Positions 46,966 to 56,746 of a stretch of DNA of 64,000 bases are shown here, piece after piece. Location: IMG/VR virus record IMGVR_UViG_3300044535_002275, positions 95,511 through 159,510 of that record, one strand, 5' to 3'. The translations under genes were made by a program, and so were the position numbers. This DNA is from a virus. The notes under the pieces are model-generated. The model did no database searches and was not told the DNA's origin. It saw only the letters and a list, made by a program, of their open reading frames with translations. Numbering within the stretch: position 1 is the first letter of the stretch; each line of letters opens with the position of its first letter.

Positions 46966-47189
46966 CTAGCGCCTTTAAACCATAACTTGAACCATTCTTC
47001 AGTTCCAGGTTTAATGTTATGCTGGCGTTGTATTACACCGCAGTTGGTGTCTTTAATATTAGGTAGGCTCATACGTTTAGCTTCTCGTGCTGCTAAATTG
47101 TTGTATATAGGATCATCAGGCGGCATCACACAATCGGGCTCTGTGGAATAACTCAAATCAGTAGTTGAAAAACAAATTCGATCAATCAT
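46962..47189 (-). CDS. hypothetical protein
   Basis: IKPGTEEWFKLWF. Confidence 0.7.
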   Translation of the reverse strand: MIDRICFSTTDLSYSTEPDCVMPPDDPIYNNLAAREAKRMSLPNIKDTNCGVIQRQHNIKPGTEEWFKLWFKGAR

Positions 47190-47190
47190 G

Positions 47191-47598
47191 TTAATCCTCA
47201 ATAGGGCCACCTTCAACCCAAGCTGAACAAGTGCGCTTGGCAGCACATTTAAATTTTAAAAACTTGCAGTAGCCCAAGGTACCAGCGTCGATTGTGTCAG
47301 CAGGGTCGCTACTGGGCTCGCTGCCAATACCCTTGGCAATACAGTCCTGCATTTTCTGCGTGATATCAAATGCTGCACAGTTGCCGCAACGAGCTGACTT
47401 AGCTGATTCGGCATCATCCATGTTCCATTCTGCTGCAATTCGACTCCAGTATTCTTTGTTGGGTTCATTGGGATCAAGAGGGCCATACATATATTCATCT
47501 ATGGCCTTTTTTCTATTGCGCAGATTCAAATCGATACTCTGAGTTGCCGATGGACAACCCTGCTCAACAGCTTCTAACAAATTTAATAAATCTCTCAT
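47191..47598 (-). CDS. Cys-rich hypothetical protein
   Basis: MRDLLNLLE; CGNC, YC..LKFKC, TCSAW. Confidence 0.75.
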   Translation of the reverse strand: MRDLLNLLEAVEQGCPSATQSIDLNLRNRKKAIDEYMYGPLDPNEPNKEYWSRIAAEWNMDDAESAKSARCGNCAAFDITQKMQDCIAKGIGSEPSSDPADTIDAGTLGYCKFLKFKCAAKRTCSAWVEGGPIED

Positions 47599-47735
47599 TC
47601 GGCTCTCACTTGTTTGACGGCATCTGACATCATTTTTCTTGCCTGTGTCCAACTTGCAGCAAGAAATGTAAATTCAACAGATTCCGTTACACCCGTCGAA
47701 TTGGCTACTGGTAACCAAAATTTAAACTGTTTCAT
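47595..47735 (-). CDS. 46-aa hypothetical protein (not in ORF track)
   Basis: AAGGAG RBS, ATGA overlap. Confidence 0.6.
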   Translation of the reverse strand: MKQFKFWLPVANSTGVTESVEFTFLAASWTQARKMMSDAVKQVRAE

Positions 47736-47830
47736 AACCTGCTCCTTTTATTATTTTTATTACACAGGGCTATAAGGATTTCTTTTTTGATCTGAATCAA
47801 TTGGTACTTCCGGATACACTGGATAATCCA

Positions 47831-48067
47831 TTATCGACAAATCCTTACATTACGGTAAGTGCGATAATAAGAGTCCCAACGCTGTGTCCAATAGCATGTG
47901 GGCTGACGATAGTAAATAGGCGGCGCAGGTCTATAGTACACAGGTGGTGCTACATACACCGGGCGAGGTTGTACATAAACCGGTGCAGATGGCACATAAT
48001 AAGGTGTGTAAGCTACACAACCCGAAAGGCCAATTGCGGCAACTGCTGCTATCAGGATTCTTTTCAT
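47831..48067 (-). CDS. Pro/Tyr-rich lipoprotein
   Basis: lipobox LSGC, PVYV repeats. Confidence 0.75.
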   Translation of the reverse strand: MKRILIAAVAAIGLSGCVAYTPYYVPSAPVYVQPRPVYVAPPVYYRPAPPIYYRQPTCYWTQRWDSYYRTYRNVRICR

Positions 48068-48231
48068 TTGATATTTCGACTCTTTGATCGTTTGGGTGCT
48101 GCACTTTCTTTAGGCACACAGTTGGGCACAGTACGGCCACCTTTCTTTTTGGTGCCTGCTCTTCGATAGCCAATCCAACAGGAATCTGCGGCAACTTCAT
48201 TCAATGCAGAAAATAGTTGATTTAGTCTCAT
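48064..48231 (-). CDS. 55-aa basic protein (not in ORF track)
   Basis: MRLNQLFSALNE...CWIGY...KKKGGRTVPNCVP. Confidence 0.7.
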   Translation of the reverse strand: MRLNQLFSALNEVAADSCWIGYRRAGTKKKGGRTVPNCVPKESAAPKRSKSRNIK

Positions 48232-48249
48232 AATAGTTTATTATACCAA

Positions 48250-48654
48250 TTATTTTGTTTTGCTTGCAACATTTCGTGCAGCACCCTGGCGATCGGGATT
48301 CTTGTCTTTGACACGTTTGCGTCGTACTGCTGCTGCTATAGCACTCTTACCACCAGACGCACGTAGGCTGGCAGCACGACTCTTGCTTAGACACTTGGGT
48401 TTGCCTTCGCCGGGTTTACGATCTCCGCATTTGCCAATTCTTTCGCCTTTGGTGTTGTATCTATCCCAACCACCGCCTCCAGCACCACCACCTTTGCCTG
48501 TACCAAACCAGTCGCGTAGATTTTCTGCTAGGTCTTCGTTTTTGTTGCGACCGGCACAATGCGCTTTTTGGCTAAAGCCCTTGGGATTGGAGCAGTTGAT
48601 GCTGCTCTTGTATTTTTTACTCCACGCCTCGGCTACGAATTCATCGGCTCTCAT
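48250..48654 (-). CDS. basic putative head-packaged protein
   Basis: MRADEFVAE, internal LAE, GKPKCL. Confidence 0.75.
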   Translation of the reverse strand: MRADEFVAEAWSKKYKSSINCSNPKGFSQKAHCAGRNKNEDLAENLRDWFGTGKGGGAGGGGWDRYNTKGERIGKCGDRKPGEGKPKCLSKSRAASLRASGGKSAIAAAVRRKRVKDKNPDRQGAARNVASKTK

Positions 48655-49760
48655 TTTTTGCTCTTGTTGCCCCAGTTGGCAGCACCCACCTTTCGGCATT
48701 TTACCAAAGCTCCGGATGCATAAGCACTGGGCCAAATCTTGTAGCGACTTTTTACTTTGTTATAGCAGGCGTCTTTGCCGGCTTCGTCGAGGTAGTCGGC
48801 CGATTCTGTCTGAGTACGACGTCGTGCGCAGTACATTTCACAGGCCATGACAGCTTCGTCCAAGTTGTTAAACTTGCTGTTGGCTGTTTTGTTTTTGATC
48901 GACACACGGAACCCGTCGTCTTCGTTGCCGTGGATCTGTATTTCATGTCCGTCATCTGTGGTCACAGTTTTGACTGGTGGACCCATTTGATCACCAGGTG
49001 CCTTAGCTGCCAACTTGTCTATCAGATCAGGATCTTTTTTAATCTCTTTGCCGATGTCGCTCAAGTAGTCTCCTAATCGAGCTTTTAGTTTAGTGATGAT
49101 ATCTTCTTTGGTGATATCTTCTTTGAATATCCAGCCGGGTGGTGGAGTTTTTGTTACATAGTGACTAGCTATATTATCACCTTGTATAACAACCACCTTG
49201 TACTCGCCTTTGGCATTGGGACCTGTTACGCTTTGAATACGTTTTTGGAAATCATGTGAGTCTTTGCTGGGATCTGATCCCATAGTTGTAGTTAAAGTCC
49301 GATCACTTTTTATAGAAGTATCATATCCAGATGTTCCCCAGCTGGGATCAAACTTGTCAGTGGTTTGAGCTTGGGCGCCGCCGCCGAACGCAGCAGCACC
49401 AGCAAGAACGGCACCTGCTACTTTCTGCTTTATACCTTCTTCAACGCTTTCATCATAGTGCCCGGGCTGTGCTTGGGCTTCTTCGTAACCGGCCATCCAC
49501 TGTGCATGCTCAGCTGTGCCGGGCTTGTACGGACATGCAGTTTCGTCTTGCCCGGCTCGATGACCAGCACGCCAGCCTTGATCATAAGGATCTTTGCTGC
49601 TGATACTTTCGTTGGCGCCCACAGCATAACCAGTCATAGGATGACGAGGATCTGTGGGGCTGTTTAATACGCTTATTTTTTTCGGACGGAACATAGCAGG
49701 CAGCTGCGGAACCGAACGTTGTTGTTGATTAAGAGACTCTAAAAGTTGATTTATTCTCAT
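48651..49760 (-). CDS. modular putative head-packaged polyprotein
   Basis: MRINQLLE; modules separated by xxE sites; WPSAYASG. Confidence 0.75.
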   Translation of the reverse strand: MRINQLLESLNQQQRSVPQLPAMFRPKKISVLNSPTDPRHPMTGYAVGANESISSKDPYDQGWRAGHRAGQDETACPYKPGTAEHAQWMAGYEEAQAQPGHYDESVEEGIKQKVAGAVLAGAAAFGGGAQAQTTDKFDPSWGTSGYDTSIKSDRTLTTTMGSDPSKDSHDFQKRIQSVTGPNAKGEYKVVVIQGDNIASHYVTKTPPPGWIFKEDITKEDIITKLKARLGDYLSDIGKEIKKDPDLIDKLAAKAPGDQMGPPVKTVTTDDGHEIQIHGNEDDGFRVSIKNKTANSKFNNLDEAVMACEMYCARRRTQTESADYLDEAGKDACYNKVKSRYKIWPSAYASGALVKCRKVGAANWGNKSKK

Positions 49761-50197
49761 GCTCGATCTTCTTTCAAAAATGATTTCAGCATCCAGCCGT
49801 GCTTGCCTTGTGCATCAATGCGTCCAGCTATAAAATCTGCAATGCCCTGTTGGTTTTCTTGTTCGGCACTGGCAAAACACTGGTTCAACAGGTCAATTAA
49901 CACCAGATTGTCTTCTAGCAGTTCCTGCAGCATAAGTCTGGCTCGCGGCACTTTGATTTGCCCCGAAATTAAACTGAGTTCTTGAAAACGTTCAAAAGAT
50001 CCTGGTGTATATTCTTCTAATATACGAATGTATTCGGCAGTGGCATCAATTGCTTCGTTTACTTCTTCGTAGATTTTGCCAAAGAACTTGTGAAGCTGGC
50101 CAAAGTACATTCCTTCTACATTCCAATGAAAGAATTGAGCTTTGATTACAAATGCGTATTGTGTGGCCAATAATGTCTTTAGATCATCTGCGAGCAT
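49757..50197 (-). CDS. dps: Dps ferritin-like protein
   Basis: HWNVEG, LHKFF, IDATAEYIR, HGWML. Confidence 0.92.
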   Translation of the reverse strand: MLADDLKTLLATQYAFVIKAQFFHWNVEGMYFGQLHKFFGKIYEEVNEAIDATAEYIRILEEYTPGSFERFQELSLISGQIKVPRARLMLQELLEDNLVLIDLLNQCFASAEQENQQGIADFIAGRIDAQGKHGWMLKSFLKEDRA

Positions 50198-50354
50198 CAG
50201 GATTACTTCCTTTATAGGTATTACGATATTTAGCTGGTCTAACACTTTGTGTTCTTGTTATTAAACCGCCCAGAGGAACAGCAACAGCAGCAACACTACC
50301 ACTAGAAGTTGCGCCAGCAGAAGCTGTCTCTCGAATGAATTCACGTGCTCGCAT
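50184..50354 (-). CDS. 56-aa protein (not in ORF track)
   Basis: MRAREFIRE-TASAGATSSGSVA; GGAG RBS. Confidence 0.7.
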   Translation of the reverse strand: MRAREFIRETASAGATSSGSVAAVAVPLGGLITRTQSVRPAKYRNTYKGSNPDARR

Positions 50355-50637
50355 TTGTTATCTCCACTGTTTCATTGTCGATCCAACGGCCTGGACCGTG
50401 ATCAATAGTGCGATTTTCGACACGAATTTTTCCGGTCTTTTTATGTAGAGGTTTAAGCTGTATCTTGTATTGACCAGGCGGTGCAGATATCTGCAGCATT
50501 TCAGAAAGATATTCGTCTCGCCAAATATAAGTTCGTTCAACAAACAATTCGTCGTTGACAAAAATCCTGTACACCGGCGGAGTATCACGCCAACTACAGT
50601 AAACATCAAATTTAATTTGTACGAATTCTGTTTGCAT
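50341..50637 (-). CDS. hypothetical protein
   Basis: ATG 5 nt after TAAATA. Confidence 0.7.
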   Translation of the reverse strand: MQTEFVQIKFDVYCSWRDTPPVYRIFVNDELFVERTYIWRDEYLSEMLQISAPPGQYKIQLKPLHKKTGKIRVENRTIDHGPGRWIDNETVEITNAST

Positions 50638-50683
50638 AGTGATATTTATCAAAAAGTACGTCTATTAATATCACTGCAACCAA

Positions 50684-50893
50684 TTACTTGATTTTGACTT
50701 CGCGCGGTTGTCCGATTATTATACCAGGTACGTTGTATTGAACTTGTACTATCTTGCGAGCCATTTGCGGATTTACAGCCATGACAGTAGTAAAGGTATT
50801 GGTATTACTGCCTCCTAGCACCGGGATACGAATACGTATCTCATAAGTCTTGAGCTTGGATTTCTTAGGCTGTGCTATTTCTTGTAGTCGCAT
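50684..50893 (-). CDS. hypothetical protein
   Basis: MRLQEI; ATG 4 nt after TAAATA. Confidence 0.7.
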   Translation of the reverse strand: MRLQEIAQPKKSKLKTYEIRIRIPVLGGSNTNTFTTVMAVNPQMARKIVQVQYNVPGIIIGQPREVKIK

Positions 50894-50904
50894 GATGTAT
50901 TTAG

Positions 50905-51498
50905 TTATATTACCCAAGGATCCACAATGACTGGAGTTTTGCCACGTCGCATGATATTACCAGAATGTAGATCAAAGGACCAACCGTTTCTTTCGCCGGT
51001 TAGGTATACTTGTCGAATAGTAGCAAACAATATTTTCATTGCATCTGCTCCTAATTGTTCTTTCAGTTTTTGATAATAAAAATAACCCTCGAGCTGTTTA
51101 TCTAATTGTTTGAAGTTTCGAATACCATTATGTTCCACGGAATCTGCTATTTCTGACAAGGTATCGCCCATGTAGCCAGCTGGTTTCAGGGCTTCCTGTC
51201 TGATTTGTAAATAACGATCACCGTCTAACACAAAGCTCTCGTATCCGCTGAACTTTGGCAAGAATGGATTTGTGCTGTTTTTTATGCAGTACTTGGCCCA
51301 AGCAAAGAACATCTTATGATCACGACTGAATGATTCACCTCCTTGTGTGCCAAACACCTTGAGCACAAGGCCAGTACTGGGTTCTAAATAAGCAGTTTGA
51401 TCAACACCGGCACCTAGACGTTTGTAACCCTTGTCTTTTAAGATACGGTCGATCTTTTTATCAGTTGTACTGAATTCTGTTAGTTCACTTGCTCTCAT
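50905..51498 (-). CDS. protein-kinase-like fold protein
   Basis: LGAGVDQTAY, VLKV, DLHSGNIM, IVDP. Confidence 0.75.
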   Translation of the reverse strand: MRASELTEFSTTDKKIDRILKDKGYKRLGAGVDQTAYLEPSTGLVLKVFGTQGGESFSRDHKMFFAWAKYCIKNSTNPFLPKFSGYESFVLDGDRYLQIRQEALKPAGYMGDTLSEIADSVEHNGIRNFKQLDKQLEGYFYYQKLKEQLGADAMKILFATIRQVYLTGERNGWSFDLHSGNIMRRGKTPVIVDPWVI

Positions 51499-52058
51499 TT
51501 CTTTTTACCTGACTTCATATTAGCACACCAATGATACATTCGGGCACGTTCACCGCTTGCTGCTTTGGCTCGTTTGCGTAAGCTGGTAACTGATCCGTTG
51601 CAACTGGCACCGGCACGTTTCACACGCCCAGGGCGACTTCGACCTTTGACCTTGCCATCGGCAAAGTTTTCATTCAAAGATGTGTTTAAGAACTGTTCGC
51701 CTTTGCCTGTGACATACCAATAACCATCGTCATCTACAATATAACCATTGCTGCTTAAACTATCAAGCACATGGTCGTAAGCAGCAGTACGCGATTCGTC
51801 TTCCTGAAAATCCATACCCAGTTGTGCAGCAGTGTAGATGGCATGTAGCACTAGAATTTTACCCAGTCCTTGACTTTGAAATTCGGGAATAATCTCGGCA
51901 ATGCTACGTCCCGTGTCGGCATTGTATTGATATACACCAGCTGGTTTATTGTTGACAGTTAAAGTAGTGGCAAATTTATTTTTACCTTTTTGTACTTTGA
52001 AACTAATCTTGTCTTGACCATCGGCAAAGTTTTCAGTTATAAATTCACTAGCTCTCAT
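51495..52058 (-). CDS. GNAT-like module plus basic C-terminal module
   Basis: PEFQSQGLG; ENFADG twice. Confidence 0.7.
   Translation of the reverse strand: MRASEFITENFADGQDKISFKVQKGKNKFATTLTVNNKPAGVYQYNADTGRSIAEIIPEFQSQGLGKILVLHAIYTAAQLGMDFQEDESRTAAYDHVLDSLSSNGYIVDDDGYWYVTGKGEQFLNTSLNENFADGKVKGRSRPGRVKRAGASCNGSVTSLRKRAKAASGERARMYHWCANMKSGKKK
51655..52035. repeat. 18-bp direct repeat flanking the GNAT module
   Basis: CCATCGGCAAAGTTTTCA at 51655-51672 and 52018-52035. Confidence 0.9.
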
Positions 52059-55000
52059 CGTTGTCCCATCTCCGGATATACTTCTACAGTATCATCAAAC
52101 CTGGTTCGTTGGGCCCAATCACGTGCCACACGATTGGCAGCAGCTTGATCAGTGCTACGTAACACAAACGTATGTAACACTTCTCCTGTGGCTCCGCTGA
52201 CAATTTTCCATCGTCCAGTGAACTCGCCGCCAGTTTGTGTAAAGTTCTGTGCTACCTGGGGTTCAAGTTCTTCTGGATTTCTAGCAGCTGGAAAATTCTG
52301 AGGTTCTGTCTCAATTGGCGGTGTTGCACGTAATTCTTCAGGAGATAACGACTCTATACTGTCCAAATAAACTGATCTGCGTTCCATACCACGTGCCTCG
52401 GTCCAACGACGTGCTGCATTGATTGCGTCTCCGGTGGTTCCGGCACTGAATCTATACAGTATAGGACCCACACCTTCGTTGCCTTCTCTACGTCTTAACA
52501 CAAAATTGCCACGAGGATCGTCTGGTACCGGTGCATTGAGTTGATCAGTTGCCGGAGTCTGTGTAGCAGGCGCAACTGGTTCTGCACGATAAGCATCATC
52601 GGGATTCATAGTATCGTTGTATTCTTGCTTGGCCAGTTTGATAGCTTCTTCTGCTGTTGTGGCCATGAGTGTAATCGTGGCACGTCTATTGGGGTGCGTT
52701 ACTTTCCACTGAATCTTTTCCGTCGGTGGATTTTTAGCAACTTCGCGACCGTACTGTAGCTGCTTGAGAAAGCCTTTGAGTTCTGACTTGGGCAGGGCAC
52801 CAGCCACATAACGACTGAAGATACTGATGGCATCATTGTCATTTTTGCCTTTTACCTCAGTGCGTTTGCGTCCAGTTTTGGGATCCGTTACTTGTTCAGT
52901 TTCCGTACGGGTCAACAGCTTGTACAACTTCTTAGCATACTCAGCCTTTTCTGCAGCAGGATCCATGGCAATGTCAGTGGCTCTAGCATAGCGCATGAGT
53001 GTGTTCTGTATCTTGTCCATGTCCGCAAAATAGTCACTGCCACCAGCTGAACGGAATTCAATGTAGTTGCTTTTGGGATTGATACTGGTATACTTGCCGA
53101 AACCGCCAGGCTGTGCGATGGCTCTGGAAGCAAATTGATTTAAATGGTTGCGCATAGCCGACAACACAGCGTCGGCTCGAGTTTCAGTGGCTTCAGTCAA
53201 GGACTTGCCCATGCTATCGCGAATCTTGCTGATGGCACTCTTGGCGTAGGTGTTGGCTTCACGACCAAACTGTTTCAACACATATTCATCACCTAGGAAC
53301 AGGGCCAACTTGGTATAATCCAGCACATTCTCGCCATGATCCGGCATGCTGACACTCATGTGGAAACCAGTTGAGTCATTGGCATAGGCACCGTTGTCTT
53401 TGGCCCAGGCAAAGAATCGAGGCAAGATTTCTAAGGCTTCGCCCAAGGGCATAGGTGGACTCACAATCTCCACTGGCATGTTGGCATCATCATCGGCTTC
53501 TAAACTGCCATCGGGTTCGAAGATCCAAGTACTGGTGTCACGTCGAGCACCGTGATAACCCGTGCTGACAGTGGTTGTAACATCTAACTTATCTGCCAAG
53601 TCATCAGCTAACTGTTGTGCTGCATCTTCGTTAAATCCACCTTCAGAGCTGCCACCTGACATGGTCATGTGTGGCCATGTGAAATCAAAGTTATAAGATA
53701 AATCGCTCATGTTGCGCCAACCGCGATCACGCAACCAGTCGCTTTCATCCTTGTCCCAGTTTTCTCTAAATTCGTCTAAAGCACTTTCGTAATCGCTGTT
53801 GTGTTCTTCTATGGCCAGTTCTACACGTTCATCCAGTTGTCGCTCAACTTCTCGTTCGGCACTGACATATTCTTCTACCAATTCAAGATCGGCAGCAGTA
53901 CCAGTACCCCTGACCCGTCGTTCCATGGCTGCTAATATTTCTTTCACACGGTCTTCGCTGTATTCATCATCTAACGCACGTTCAATAAGGTCCTCTTCGT
54001 CCCAGTCGTTTTCTTGAATCCATTCACGTACAGCAACAGGTGCATCAAACTCATCATACAGAGTCTGGTCATACCATTCCATCCAGTCTTCTTCTAATTC
54101 GTTTCGTTGACGCCGAGACAAACCCTCGGCAAAATCACCTGAGCCGAAAAATTCTTCGATGTCGTTGATGCTGTTGGCACGTGGATCATAGCTGTAGTCA
54201 GACTCCCATTCGCCTTCTTCCTCGTTGGCTCCAAGTCCAGTAAATATCAACTCAGCTTCAAATCCAGCCATCATGCTCTGCCCAATATCGCTGGCGGCAA
54301 AGGCCTTCAAGGATCCTGGGCTCATGGCCACTTCTTCTAGATCTTGTTCGCTGACCAAGGGAAAGCCCAAGCCTTCTTTGACTGCTTGTAGTTTTCGAGT
54401 AAGTGCTTCAACAAGTCCATTTGTCTTGGCAGTGGGGGGTGTGCCAGCAGGATTGGTCTTCCATCCCATCTTGGCTGCTTGACGTTGATTCTCACCTGGC
54501 TTGATATCTACAGTGAGTGCCATGCTATAGCGTGGGTCTCGTGCTTCTCGATTGTTCACAGGAATGTATCCCGACGCTTCGTTGATCTGTTTACCGAAGT
54601 ATTCGGGATGCAGTTCTGCAAAATCACGCATGATTACGCCAGCTAAGGCATTGGCTTCATTTTCGTATTCGCTGCCGGTTTCTCCGGCATTAACTGGCAT
54701 TGTGGCCTTTTCGGCTTGACGGTGATGTGTTAGTTCATGCGCAGCCGTACGCAAGATATCTAAGGGATGTCGTCCGGCTACGCTCAATATGAGTGTATCT
54801 TCGTCGGGCATGTATCGACCGAATGTGGCATTACGTTCGCTCCAAGCCGGATCCTGCTTGAGTCGAATTTTAGGAATTGCTTGTAATTGTAATTTTTCAG
54901 CGCAAAACAATACAAAATCTTGTACGGTTTGATCGATTGACAGTTCGGCGGATTCCCTGACACTTTCGCCACCACCACCGCCATCACCACCGTCGGTGGC

Positions 55001-55801
55001 AGCATCAGTTTGACCGTAGTAGTGATAGCCGGGAAAGAATACTCCACCAAATGAGCCGTAACGCATTTTCTTCTTGCGTTTCTTTTTCTTTTCGGTCAGG
55101 CTCAAGGCTTGATTTTTGGCTGCTAATCTAGCTGCACGTAAACGATCCAAGGTGCCGTTACTGCGCAGCACTTTGAATGCCAGGTTCTCCGGTCCAAATT
55201 CTCCTGATGCATCTAGACCTGCTTGTCGAAATGATCGCAACTTCTTACTTACTGCATCCATCTGTTCGAGGTCGCCCGACTCGATGGCAGCATCAATTCT
55301 CTGACCTATATCTTCGTACTTGCTGCGCACACTGATGTCATTGATGTCAGGTTTACGACGTTTCGGAACACTTATCCATTCATTGTTAATCACACTGTAA
55401 ATGCCTTGGCTTTTGGGTTGTTCGTTGGCATTTTGAACATATAGTTCTACATCATATCCACCAATCTTGAAATTGTGTTGATCGTTGTATTGATATTTTT
55501 TAGCATCGAACAGTTCGCGATATACATCACTAACATCAGCTCTGGGTATATCAGCTACCAAGTGTAGGTCAATATCACTGTGACCCGTGTAGGTGTAAGC
55601 AGCATTGCTGCCGCTGATAGTGATGTCTTTGACTTCAAGATCCAGGCCTAGGAATTCTTTAAAGTCTTCGGCAATAGCTAGGAGTTTTTCGCGCACTTCG
55701 GGCAGCAGATGTTCATCCTGCCCCCAGAGTCTGGGATTCAGTGTTCGGTGGAATTTCACGGCGTCGCTGAGACGATAGTTTTGTAATTCTTTGATGTCCA
55801 T
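52055..55801 (-). CDS. 1248-aa multidomain protein: nucleotidyltransferase, HExxH metallopeptidase, amidoligase
   Basis: GSN...SDIDLH; AHELTH; GFEAE, DGSL, EIVSP, STGFH, IEFR. Confidence 0.8.
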   Translation of the reverse strand: MDIKELQNYRLSDAVKFHRTLNPRLWGQDEHLLPEVREKLLAIAEDFKEFLGLDLEVKDITISGSNAAYTYTGHSDIDLHLVADIPRADVSDVYRELFDAKKYQYNDQHNFKIGGYDVELYVQNANEQPKSQGIYSVINNEWISVPKRRKPDINDISVRSKYEDIGQRIDAAIESGDLEQMDAVSKKLRSFRQAGLDASGEFGPENLAFKVLRSNGTLDRLRAARLAAKNQALSLTEKKKKRKKKMRYGSFGGVFFPGYHYYGQTDAATDGGDGGGGGESVRESAELSIDQTVQDFVLFCAEKLQLQAIPKIRLKQDPAWSERNATFGRYMPDEDTLILSVAGRHPLDILRTAAHELTHHRQAEKATMPVNAGETGSEYENEANALAGVIMRDFAELHPEYFGKQINEASGYIPVNNREARDPRYSMALTVDIKPGENQRQAAKMGWKTNPAGTPPTAKTNGLVEALTRKLQAVKEGLGFPLVSEQDLEEVAMSPGSLKAFAASDIGQSMMAGFEAELIFTGLGANEEEGEWESDYSYDPRANSINDIEEFFGSGDFAEGLSRRQRNELEEDWMEWYDQTLYDEFDAPVAVREWIQENDWDEEDLIERALDDEYSEDRVKEILAAMERRVRGTGTAADLELVEEYVSAEREVERQLDERVELAIEEHNSDYESALDEFRENWDKDESDWLRDRGWRNMSDLSYNFDFTWPHMTMSGGSSEGGFNEDAAQQLADDLADKLDVTTTVSTGYHGARRDTSTWIFEPDGSLEADDDANMPVEIVSPPMPLGEALEILPRFFAWAKDNGAYANDSTGFHMSVSMPDHGENVLDYTKLALFLGDEYVLKQFGREANTYAKSAISKIRDSMGKSLTEATETRADAVLSAMRNHLNQFASRAIAQPGGFGKYTSINPKSNYIEFRSAGGSDYFADMDKIQNTLMRYARATDIAMDPAAEKAEYAKKLYKLLTRTETEQVTDPKTGRKRTEVKGKNDNDAISIFSRYVAGALPKSELKGFLKQLQYGREVAKNPPTEKIQWKVTHPNRRATITLMATTAEEAIKLAKQEYNDTMNPDDAYRAEPVAPATQTPATDQLNAPVPDDPRGNFVLRRREGNEGVGPILYRFSAGTTGDAINAARRWTEARGMERRSVYLDSIESLSPEELRATPPIETEPQNFPAARNPEELEPQVAQNFTQTGGEFTGRWKIVSGATGEVLHTFVLRSTDQAAANRVARDWAQRTRFDDTVEVYPEMGQR

Positions 55802-55822
55802 CTTGTATTTACCGGAAAAAAC

Positions 55823-55846
55823 AAAAGCCCTATAATAGGGCTTTTT
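55823..55846. terminator. intrinsic terminator
   Basis: AAAAGCCCTA-TAA-TAGGGCTTTT. Confidence 0.75.
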
Positions 55847-55863
55847 GTTGTAGTTCTAATAAT

Positions 55864-56709
55864 TTAAGACTTTTTGTTGCGTGTTTTTTTGTCTGCTGTC
55901 TTATTACTAGACAACACAACTGGCTCGGCAGCAGTAACTGGTTCTGCTGTAGGTGCCGCTGCTTGCGATGCAGCATTTTGTAATGCCATTTCGTGCAAGG
56001 CCTTGTACAAGGGTTCCTGCGCTGCATAATCAAAAGTGTAAGTTCCGGTGTGACGCAAAAGCACACGCTTGTCGACCCAGATTTTACCACCTAGATCACG
56101 CCAGTTTTCGCAAAATGTCCAGTCTTCACTATAGTAGCGATTTTCACGAACAGCGGTATCATAGTAAGTTTTCAAATGCTTGTCTAGTTCCTTGGGCAGG
56201 CCAATGTCGTTGGCAAAGGGTTTGACAGCAGGATGTTCGTTGAGTTTTTCAAACACATGACGTTTAACCAACATAAATCCTGTGCCGGTTTTGCTGACTT
56301 CTTGCAAACCGTCAGGTCCTGTTTCTGCACCTTCGAACCCGTTGACTACCCATTTTACAGGCAATGTCTTCATGGGATACAAACCACCGATCACGTCTAC
56401 ATCGCGATTTAGCAAGGACAACAAGTGCCATGGCTCCCATCCGATATCAGCATCAATAAACATCAAGTGTGTGGAATCAGGGTTATTGAGGAATTTAGCT
56501 ACTAATGTATTTCTTGCTCGGCTGATCAAACTTTCGTTGGTCATAGTTTCCATAGTCCAATCAATGCCTAGTTGTCGGCAAGTATTAGCCCATTTAATAT
56601 AACTCATAAAAGTTTGTTCAGTTAACATGCCTCCGTAACAGGGCATACAAATGTGAACTCGGGTAGTGCGCAAGTAGTCTACGTTTACTGTAATTTGCTG
56701 TTCAGCCAT
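55864..56709 (-). CDS. GT-A glycosyltransferase-like protein
   Basis: MPCYGG, SLISRARN, FIDAD, GTGFML, SEDWTFC. Confidence 0.8.
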   Translation of the reverse strand: MAEQQITVNVDYLRTTRVHICMPCYGGMLTEQTFMSYIKWANTCRQLGIDWTMETMTNESLISRARNTLVAKFLNNPDSTHLMFIDADIGWEPWHLLSLLNRDVDVIGGLYPMKTLPVKWVVNGFEGAETGPDGLQEVSKTGTGFMLVKRHVFEKLNEHPAVKPFANDIGLPKELDKHLKTYYDTAVRENRYYSEDWTFCENWRDLGGKIWVDKRVLLRHTGTYTFDYAAQEPLYKALHEMALQNAASQAAAPTAEPVTAAEPVVLSSNKTADKKTRNKKS

Positions 56710-56746
56710 AACATCCTCTTAAATTATATGAGTATTTAATGGAGTA

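Noticed and set aside
48260-48850. 196-aa plus-strand ORF and other antisense ORFs over enzyme genes
   Set aside because: Antisense to well-supported minus-strand genes, with low-complexity translations.
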